Origin: Candidatus Omnitrophota bacterium
Lineage (GTDB): Bacteria > Omnitrophota > Omnitrophia > Omnitrophales > Aquincolibacteriaceae
Direction of reading: 5' to 3'
DNA length: 64,000 bases
NCBI GenBank assembly: GCA_016930235.1
Contig: JAFGHI010000021.1
Location: 56,810 to 120,809 of the forward strand
Shown here: positions 57,008 to 64,000 of the stretch, one piece after another
How the letters are laid out: each line of letters begins with the position of its first letter
How positions within the stretch are numbered: position 1 is the stretch's first letter
Program-made: the position numbers and the translations under genes
Notes under the pieces: generated by a model
The model's database searches: none
What the model saw: the letters and a program-made list of their open reading frames with translations, nothing else
Told to the model about the DNA's origin: nothing

Positions 57008-60000
57008 TTATACCATCTCTTCCTCGTCGTCACTCCCCAGAATGCGTTCGGTTAAACGGACGACAAAAATATAAAGACAGGGAACAACGATCAGTGTAAG
57101 AAACGTGGCGGATAATAATCCCCCCATCACCGTAATGGCAAGAGGCCTTCTTAACTCCGCGCCTTCTCCGAATCCCATAGCAAGAGGAATCAACGCTACA
57201 ACAGTCGTCAGGGCGCTCATCAGGATAGGACGAGTTCTGATTTTTGCAGCCTGAACCGTTGCCTCAGCAAGCTCCATCCCCTCTTCACGCAATTGATTGA
57301 TATATTCAATCAAGACAATCCCGTTATTGACGACAACACCCCCTAAGACAATAATTCCTATAAAAGAGATAATATTGAGTGAAGTCCCTGTCAGCCATAA
57401 TGCTATCGCCACACCAAAAAATGCCAGCGGTACCGTAATCATAATAATCAGCGGTTGAACAAATGACTCAAAGAGGGATGCCATAATCATATAAACAAGC
57501 ATGATGGAAAGGGCAAAAGCAAACGTCACCATAGCAAAACTTTCTTTGATCTCGCGCGCTTTTCCGGAGAGAACAACTTGAAAATCCTGAGGAACATCAA
57601 TGGTCTTTAGAATATCCTGGACATTCGCTAAAACATCCTTCGTTTTCTTACTTTTAAGGATATCGGCTTCGACAATAACCGTCCTTTCCTGATCCATGCG
57701 GCGGATCTCACTGGGGCCCAAACCTCTTTGAACCTGAGCCACTTCTTTGATGGGGATAAAAGCATCCAAAACCTGAGAATAAAGAAGAAGATCATTGATA
57801 TTATCAAGATTTTCGCGATCTTTTTCGCTTAAGCGTACCCGAACATCAATTTCCTTACCGCCTTCCCGGTATTCGGTAGCTACAACCCCATCAATGGCAG
57901 CCTTGGCTGTGAGGGAAATGTCTAAAGCGGATATCCCATAGAGGGCCGCTCGCCGCTTATCAATTTCGAGCTTTGTCTCAGGAGAAGGCTCCCCGATATT
58001 GTCCTGAATATTCATAACCCCTGAAATCGATGCCAGTTTTTTTTCTATGCGATCAACCAAATCACTCATAGTATCAAAATCATACCCTTTCACCTCAACT
58101 ACAATCGGCTTTGTCGCACCAGCTTTTGCAAACTCCTGAAACTCACTTTCCTGAACAATGAAATCAACCGTCGCTTTTTCAAGATCCAAATCCTTGACGT
58201 GCCCCCAGATACTTTGGACAATTTCAGAGGATGATTTTTTTCTATCTTTTTTTAGACTCACAAGAATTAAGGCCTGCGAGGGTCTCAATGTTTCAATCTT
58301 GACCTCTCCCCGGCTTGTTTTCTCAGACCCGATCGTTGTAGCGACATCTTGAACATCTTTAAGAGTATGAAGATAATCTTCGATCTTCTTACAAATTCCA
58401 TTCGTAATTTCCAGCCGTGTCCCAATCGGCATATCAACCTTAACCAAAAATTGCCCCTGGTCAACCTTGGGAAGAACTTCCCGGTCTAACGTGGGATAGA
58501 TGACGAAGATGATGGCACAAAGGCCAATCACAGCAAGAAAAACCATCCAAATAAACCTGTTCTGTTTCGCGCGAGACGCTCCCTGGAGAAAATTCCTCTC
58601 TAAAATCCCGGCCCAAGGAATCGGCCGATAATGCTTTGCCTGCATCTTCAAATAGGTTGAAAGCATTACGACAAGAGTAAGAGGAATAATGATGGCAATC
58701 ACAAGAGCAAAAATCACAGTCAAGGAAAGATCTTTCGTAATCTGTCCCAAAATACCTGGAACGAAAAGGATCAAAGGGAAAAAGACGGCAATGGTTGTAA
58801 GGTTTGAAGCAATAACCGCCCACATCACTTCTTGGGCACCGTAAATGGCCCCTTGTTCAACCCCATCCCCTAATTGATGCCGCCGGTAAATATTCTCTAA
58901 AACAACGATGCTCGTATCCACAATCATCCCAACGGCTAACGCCAGTCCTCCTAATGACATAATGTTAAGCGTAATTCCGCTAACCCCCATCATGAAGAAA
59001 ACACCCATGATCGTGATGGGGATGGACACCGTGACAAGAAGAGAAGCATACGTTGACCGCAAAAAGAGAAAAAGGATGATAAACGCAAGAAAACCTCCGG
59101 CCAAAGCTTCATTGAAAAGGTTTCTTAATGACTGGCGAATAAACGTAGAATGATCATAAATAATATCGTACCGCAGGCCTCGCGATTCTACGTCCTCTTT
59201 CAGAAATTCAAGCTCTTTCTTGAGCCGGTCAACCACTTCAATGGTATTGGCGCCAGCTTGTTTCTGGATTGAGATCGAAAGATTCTCTTTCCCATTAAAT
59301 CTTGAAATGCTCGTCTTTTCAGCAAATCCGTCAATAATATTGGCAATATCTCGCGTCAGGACCAAACGCTTCTCCAAAAGCTGCTCGGCCAAATCTGCCC
59401 GTTCCCCATCAATGGTTGCCCGGGGGCCCCGCTGTCCACCTTTTTCGACGAAACTAGTATCTTGGCGTCTTAATTCTTCCACCACATCCGCTCCGACCAC
59501 TGCATAGCCTATCTCTTTGACGGATCGGAATTCTCCCACCGTACGGATAAGGTACTCATACAACCCTTTTTTGATGCTCCCGGCCGGATAAGAAATATTC
59601 GATTCATCAATAGAGTCGATAACATCAAGAAGGGAGAGGTGATTCGCCATCAAACGCCCCTGATCGATTTCGACTAAGATTTCTCGATCGACACCGCCCG
59701 AGATAGTTGCAGAGGCTACCCCTTCGACTTTCTCAAGGTTATCTTTCAGCATTTTTTCAGAAAGCAACTTCAAACGGATGGGCTCAAGATCTTTCCCTGT
59801 CACGGAAAGAATCATAATAGGGCGGGCCAAAGGATCAAATTTCAAGATCACAGGGTCTTCGGCTTCCTTGGGGAGTCTCTCTTTAATCAGGTCGATCTTT
59901 TCTCTTACGGCAAGCGCGGCAAAATCAATGTCCTGGCCCCAATTAAACGAAACAACAATTGTGCTCCGCCCTTCCCGAGAAACAGATTCGATCCTTTTTA

Positions 60001-60229
60001 ATCCCGAAACCGATCCTACGGATTCTTCAATGGGTTTTGTGATCAGCTGTTCGATTTCTTCGGGTGCGGCATTAACGTAATCAGTGACAACTGTGACCTG
60101 AGGAAAAGTAATGGGAGGAAAGAGTTCCTGAGGCAATCGGGTAAAGGAAATAAACCCAACGACGATCAATCCCAAAGTGACCATCACCACAGTCACTTTT
60201 TTGCGTATTGCGTATTCGGGTAACGTCAT
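57008..60229 (-). CDS. RND efflux transporter permease (first of a tandem pair, MdtB-like position)
   Basis: A 1073-aa protein with the N-terminal LPQELFPPITFPQVTVVTDYVNAAPEEIEQLITKPIEE signature and 12 TM helices. Confidence 0.85.
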   Translation of the reverse strand: MTLPEYAIRKKVTVVMVTLGLIVVGFISFTRLPQELFPPITFPQVTVVTDYVNAAPEEIEQLITKPIEESVGSVSGLKRIESVSREGRSTIVVSFNWGQDIDFAALAVREKIDLIKERLPKEAEDPVILKFDPLARPIMILSVTGKDLEPIRLKLLSEKMLKDNLEKVEGVASATISGGVDREILVEIDQGRLMANHLSLLDVIDSIDESNISYPAGSIKKGLYEYLIRTVGEFRSVKEIGYAVVGADVVEELRRQDTSFVEKGGQRGPRATIDGERADLAEQLLEKRLVLTRDIANIIDGFAEKTSISRFNGKENLSISIQKQAGANTIEVVDRLKKELEFLKEDVESRGLRYDIIYDHSTFIRQSLRNLFNEALAGGFLAFIILFLFLRSTYASLLVTVSIPITIMGVFFMMGVSGITLNIMSLGGLALAVGMIVDTSIVVLENIYRRHQLGDGVEQGAIYGAQEVMWAVIASNLTTIAVFFPLILFVPGILGQITKDLSLTVIFALVIAIIIPLTLVVMLSTYLKMQAKHYRPIPWAGILERNFLQGASRAKQNRFIWMVFLAVIGLCAIIFVIYPTLDREVLPKVDQGQFLVKVDMPIGTRLEITNGICKKIEDYLHTLKDVQDVATTIGSEKTSRGEVKIETLRPSQALILVSLKKDRKKSSSEIVQSIWGHVKDLDLEKATVDFIVQESEFQEFAKAGATKPIVVEVKGYDFDTMSDLVDRIEKKLASISGVMNIQDNIGEPSPETKLEIDKRRAALYGISALDISLTAKAAIDGVVATEYREGGKEIDVRVRLSEKDRENLDNINDLLLYSQVLDAFIPIKEVAQVQRGLGPSEIRRMDQERTVIVEADILKSKKTKDVLANVQDILKTIDVPQDFQVVLSGKAREIKESFAMVTFAFALSIMLVYMIMASLFESFVQPLIIMITVPLAFFGVAIALWLTGTSLNIISFIGIIVLGGVVVNNGIVLIEYINQLREEGMELAEATVQAAKIRTRPILMSALTTVVALIPLAMGFGEGAELRRPLAITVMGGLLSATFLTLIVVPCLYIFVVRLTERILGSDDEEEMV

Positions 60230-60232
60230 GCA

Positions 60233-61588
60233 CTAGAGTTCGGCTTCTTGAGTTTCGAGGAGGCGTATCTTCTTGCCGTCTTCAAGCCGTTCGATGGCAG
60301 ATACTGCAACAATCTCTCCTTCCGAAACACCTGCGTCAATTTGTGTATAGTCGGGGCGAGTATAACCCACGGCGACAGCCCGTTTCTCAACAGTCCCTTT
60401 TTCGGGTTGAATTACATAAACGAATTGCTCACCTTCGCCGCCTTGAACAGCATCCGTAGGAAGAACTAAAGTGTTCTTCTTGCTGTAAAGGAGGATGCGG
60501 ATGCGGGCAAACATTCCAGGAAGCAAAAGACGGTCCGGATTTTCAACCCGGACTCTTGCTGTTGCGGTACGGCTCGAACCGGCGACAACCGGAGCAATAT
60601 TTTCAATAACACCTTCAAAAGTTCGATTGGGGTAGGCATCGATAAAGACCCGGGCTTTTTGTCCCAAAGCAATTTTATTGACATCGCGTTCGACCACTCC
60701 AAATTCTGCGTAAACATATTCCGTCATGATATGGGTGCCCAGAAGGGTATTCTGACTGATAGTTTCCCCCTCTTCAACATTCAGATCTCCGAGCATACCC
60801 GCAGAAGGCGCATAGAGATTGGACTTTTCAAGCATCGACTCATGCGCCTTCACTTCCAAACGAGCAGCCTCCGATTCATATTTCGCAGAATCCAATTCGA
60901 TCTTGACCTTATCTAAAGTTGTCTCGGGAATCGCCCCCATCGAAAAAAGTTTCTCGTGTTCTCCTACTTTTTCCGCAGCAAGTTGAACCTGCGTTTCCGC
61001 TTTATTCAATTGAGCCTGTGCTCGTTTTAAACGCAAAAGAATATCGTCCTGACGAAGAGAGATTAAAAGAGCCCCTTCCTCATAACGTTCCCCCTCGCGA
61101 TAATTAATGGAACTGACAACCCCGGGGATTTCAAAACTCAGTTTGAATTCAACGGCCCCCTTGACGGTCCCGAGGGCATTGAGAGAATCTTCATAATTAA
61201 ACCTTCCGACTTTAAAACCTTTCACCGCAACAGGTGCGTCCTTCGTCGGTCCTTCCTGGGCAATCATCTGTTCAAGCGATGCATGATCTCCGCCTCCAAA
61301 AAAGCAGCTTTTGATCACAAAAAATCCGACGACGATAACAACTAAAATAAGGACTTTCCCTAGATGACGGCCCATTCCACCTTCATCAGCGCCATCAGGA
61401 GGTTCAATACCAATTCCGTGATCATCCCCAGCACCCTCGCGGGCTTTCTGTACGGATTCCGCTCCCTTTTGAAAAAGATTCTGGAACCTTTTCCCTAAAT
61501 TCCTTTTTCTAGGTTCCGAAGTCCCCGGATCTTGGGATCCCGGGGTTTCAGGGGTCTCTGGGCTATTTGGCGTTTCGTTAGGATCCAT
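60233..61588 (-). CDS. RND efflux periplasmic adaptor (membrane fusion protein) with a long acidic/Pro-rich N-terminal extension
   Basis: It has a TM anchor and biotinyl-lipoyl, coiled-coil and beta-barrel MFP blocks (YAPSAGMLGDLNVEEGE). The start is set at MDPNETP; the ORF track extends to 61624. Confidence 0.75.
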   Translation of the reverse strand: MDPNETPNSPETPETPGSQDPGTSEPRKRNLGKRFQNLFQKGAESVQKAREGAGDDHGIGIEPPDGADEGGMGRHLGKVLILVVIVVGFFVIKSCFFGGGDHASLEQMIAQEGPTKDAPVAVKGFKVGRFNYEDSLNALGTVKGAVEFKLSFEIPGVVSSINYREGERYEEGALLISLRQDDILLRLKRAQAQLNKAETQVQLAAEKVGEHEKLFSMGAIPETTLDKVKIELDSAKYESEAARLEVKAHESMLEKSNLYAPSAGMLGDLNVEEGETISQNTLLGTHIMTEYVYAEFGVVERDVNKIALGQKARVFIDAYPNRTFEGVIENIAPVVAGSSRTATARVRVENPDRLLLPGMFARIRILLYSKKNTLVLPTDAVQGGEGEQFVYVIQPEKGTVEKRAVAVGYTRPDYTQIDAGVSEGEIVAVSAIERLEDGKKIRLLETQEAEL

Positions 61589-63245
61589 ATTTCTCCTCAA
61601 TATCGAAATAATCTCGAATTCCAATGGCGTGATTTAATTCTGCCTTGGCTGAAAAGTAATCTGCAAGGGCCCGGTGCAAAGCCGTTTTTTCTTGCAAAAG
61701 ATCAATTTCGTTTTCTAAATATTCCGAAATTTCAACTTCGTTTTGTCCCAAGCGATGGGCCGCTAAACGGGTTAATCGAGCCCGGTAATCAACCCTCTGA
61801 AGAGTCGATTGCACTTGGATCTTGGCCTTTTCAAAATCATAATAAGACTGTTTGACACTTCGGACAACTTCTTTTTCAGCCTGCTCGAGGGCAATGACCT
61901 GATCCAAACGGGAAACTTCGGCCTCCTTTGCCTCAGCAATCTTATTTAATCCGTCCAAAACGCCCACTCGTACAGTGTTACTGGTTGTCTGAGAAGGGGT
62001 CCCCCTGGCAAATTGGGAGATAGAAGGCCCCCTCTCATCATTTTCGAACTGATATTTAATATTGCTGCCTGCGGCATTCCATCTCAATTCAAGAAAAAGC
62101 CGGAATTCCTTAAATAAAGGGGGTTCATTGGAGACAAAATCAAAGGCCTCTCCCATTTTCCCAAGTTCCAGGGTAATATCGGCTTGAGGGATCATTTCCC
62201 CCCAGCGAATCTTTTCCTCTAAACGGGCACTCTCCAATTTAGAGGCCTCGACTTGAAGTTCAGCACGATTACGGTAGGCTAAATCAACTAATTCCACTAA
62301 TTTCGGGCCCGAAATATCCTTTTCATACTGTGTCGGGAATTCTTCGTACGTTTCAAGAGCACTATCCGAAGCCGTTATGTCATCCTCGACAAGGGAACCC
62401 ACCTCATAAAGAGGAGAAATCCGAAGCGGATCATGATCCTGAACATTCAAGAATCTCTGCAACTCAAGTTTGGCAAGTTCCAGCTCCTGCTTGGCTGTTT
62501 CAAAATCATATTGCAGCTGATTAAATAAAGACTGGACATTCAGATGTTCGATTTCTGAAATCAACTTGCTTTTATGTTTTTCATTAGAAATACCCGCAAA
62601 ACGGCTCATCTTATCCCTAACTTCTTTTGCATCATGAACAACTTGCAGGGCACGATTATATTCAAAATAGGCAATGGAAACGTCTTTGACAAGGTCCTCG
62701 ATAATTCCCTGATATTCCTTTTGAGATGCTTCGAGTTCTGCTTTTTCTTGAAGAAAAGTGTGCCATAGAATCCCGCCGCGAAAAATTGGCTGTGTCATCG
62801 TTAATCTATAGCTATTGGAGTTCGTCGGCGAACCGGAAAGAACGCCGTCGCTGATGTTGAATTCGAAATTGGCTTCGGGAAACAAATTCCGAAGCGCCAC
62901 CAAAATACGGCGTCTCGCCAAAGAAATCCTTTCGCGAGCCACTTTAACTGAATTATCAATATCCAGTGCTCTCGCCACTAAATCCTTAAGCTTCCTCTCG
63001 GGGCCCGAGACAAAAACCTGCCTTTTCTCAAGATTCTTGCGGCTGATCTCCGACTTCACATAGCCTTTATCCAAATAAGGCATCTTGTCATAGCGTTGTT
63101 GTCGCAATGTCTGGACTTGATCCTGCATAGATTGTTTGACGATCACCTGCTGAGAGGATCCCACTTCGCTGGCTGCCATCCCTGCAGACGGACAAATCAG
63201 GAAGACAATAAGAATCAACAATAAGGATTGAGCTTGCCGTCGCAT
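61578..63245 (-). CDS. outer membrane efflux protein (TolC-family OMF)
   Basis: It has a signal peptide and two repeated OEP halves with long coiled coils. The 555-aa size fits. Confidence 0.75.
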   Translation of the reverse strand: MRRQAQSLLLILIVFLICPSAGMAASEVGSSQQVIVKQSMQDQVQTLRQQRYDKMPYLDKGYVKSEISRKNLEKRQVFVSGPERKLKDLVARALDIDNSVKVARERISLARRRILVALRNLFPEANFEFNISDGVLSGSPTNSNSYRLTMTQPIFRGGILWHTFLQEKAELEASQKEYQGIIEDLVKDVSIAYFEYNRALQVVHDAKEVRDKMSRFAGISNEKHKSKLISEIEHLNVQSLFNQLQYDFETAKQELELAKLELQRFLNVQDHDPLRISPLYEVGSLVEDDITASDSALETYEEFPTQYEKDISGPKLVELVDLAYRNRAELQVEASKLESARLEEKIRWGEMIPQADITLELGKMGEAFDFVSNEPPLFKEFRLFLELRWNAAGSNIKYQFENDERGPSISQFARGTPSQTTSNTVRVGVLDGLNKIAEAKEAEVSRLDQVIALEQAEKEVVRSVKQSYYDFEKAKIQVQSTLQRVDYRARLTRLAAHRLGQNEVEISEYLENEIDLLQEKTALHRALADYFSAKAELNHAIGIRDYFDIEEKYGS

Positions 63246-63410
63246 TGAATATTGACCTTATTTATTTGTATACGCAATCACAAGTTCTTTTGAAAGTCTA
63301 AGCCTTAACGGTATTGAAAAGATTTATTAAGGAGCCTTCTCAAGACAGACGCAGAGCTCGGCCCCTCTTTTGTCTCTTATTTATCGGCTAACATCAAGCA
63401 AGGCTTAAAC

Positions 63411-63959
63411 TTAAAGAAAGGAAGGTGCCGTTACTAGGGATAGGACAGCTTCGCGGTACCTAGGATTAACCCAATTGTGTTTTAACATACCATGAAAGAA
63501 AAGGCTTTCCCCTTCCCTCAATAAAATTTTCTTCTCTTCAATCTCCACTTCAACACGGCCTACCAATACCGAAATATGGAATGGGTAGTGATGATCCAAG
63601 AAAGAGCCATCCATTTTCCTTTTCGGCCCAAGGATCACCTTCCCACAGAAGAAATCCTTCACAAAGGGCGTAAATGAAATAATCTTGATCCCCATCTTAT
63701 GAAAGTCCATTTGGCAAAAACCTTTCTGAGTCCCTTGATAAAGAAAATGAGGGGCCTGCATTTCGGCTTCATAAAATAAGCGCCCGAGCGGGAGCCTAAG
63801 CCCCTCAGAAATAACTTGTAAAATCCTGATGGAGGGATTCCGAATCCTCCCTTTTTCAATCGCAGTCAAGGTCCTAGGATCCAACCCTTTGGCCTTTCGG
63901 CAAAGCTCGATTCCCGACAACCCCTTTGCTTGACGTAAAGCACGAATCGTCACCCCCAA
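63411..63959 (-). CDS. XRE-family HTH / cupin-domain transcriptional regulator
   Basis: The N-terminal HTH reads LRQAKGLSGIELCRKAKGLDPRTLTAIEKG, and the C-terminus is a cupin beta-barrel. It sits immediately upstream of the efflux operon on the same strand. Confidence 0.65.
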   Translation of the reverse strand: MGVTIRALRQAKGLSGIELCRKAKGLDPRTLTAIEKGRIRNPSIRILQVISEGLRLPLGRLFYEAEMQAPHFLYQGTQKGFCQMDFHKMGIKIISFTPFVKDFFCGKVILGPKRKMDGSFLDHHYPFHISVLVGRVEVEIEEKKILLREGESLFFHGMLKHNWVNPRYREAVLSLVTAPSFL

Positions 63960-64000
63960 ATTGAGATGGGGTTTTGAATCCCGGAGATTCTCTTTGAACT

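Noticed and set aside
1-64000. Searched for CRISPR arrays, IS/transposase or integrase genes, rRNA and additional tRNAs
   Set aside because: No direct-repeat/spacer arrays were found, and no DDE transposase or tyrosine-recombinase motifs. Only tRNA-Asn was found, so the window does not look like a classical mobile-element island.

Overview
This is a 64-kb bacterial chromosomal segment of moderate GC. It has no rRNA and no CRISPR array, and I found no transposase or integrase genes. The single tRNA is tRNA-Asn(GUU) at 34417-34489 on the minus strand.

Core housekeeping genes:
- lgt (5' end outside the window), yidD, rpmG, a Fe/Mn superoxide dismutase, gpmA and fba.
- amtB-glnK behind a sigma-54 promoter.
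- ftsK.
- A minus-strand cluster in the order nusA-infB-rbfA-nrnA-truB-ribF-rpsO-pnp-dut.

Accessory or unusual content:
- A Cys-depleted ribosomal protein L33 sits next to a Cys-depleted DksA-like gene, which looks like a zinc-sparing pair.
- A B12-binding radical SAM gene lies next to a divergently transcribed two-gene operon (YbdK-like carboxylate-amine ligase plus a PuuD-like gamma-glutamyl hydrolase).
- An orphan RND permease.
- A cluster of an AT3 acyltransferase, two SGNH hydrolases, a secreted hypothetical protein and a beta-carbonic anhydrase.
- A lone DUF4238 gene, a candidate single-gene phage-defence protein.
- A PsiE-like gene plus a P-type ATPase cassette bracketed by two copies of a ~100-bp intergenic element.
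- A six-gene complex-I/hydrogenase-4-like operon whose large subunit has lost all four NiFe-binding cysteines (Ehr-type).
- An RsbW-like serine kinase and a STAS protein with a conserved DSSGL phospho-site, translationally coupled to mlaEFD.
- A perfect 33-bp inverted repeat downstream of glnK.
- A tolC-MFP-RND-RND efflux operon with an XRE/cupin regulator.

The most interesting non-coding signal is a family of related intergenic modules at 21.8, 22.9, 26.3 and 34.2 kb. Each combines an A-run, a GC hairpin and a T-run (an intrinsic terminator) with an outward sigma-70-like -35/-10 placed in or around the hairpin loop. Two full copies also carry a conserved ~20-nt box, GACGACTTTCGCAACTGGCT. All coordinates and motifs were read by eye from the sequence; no searches were run.
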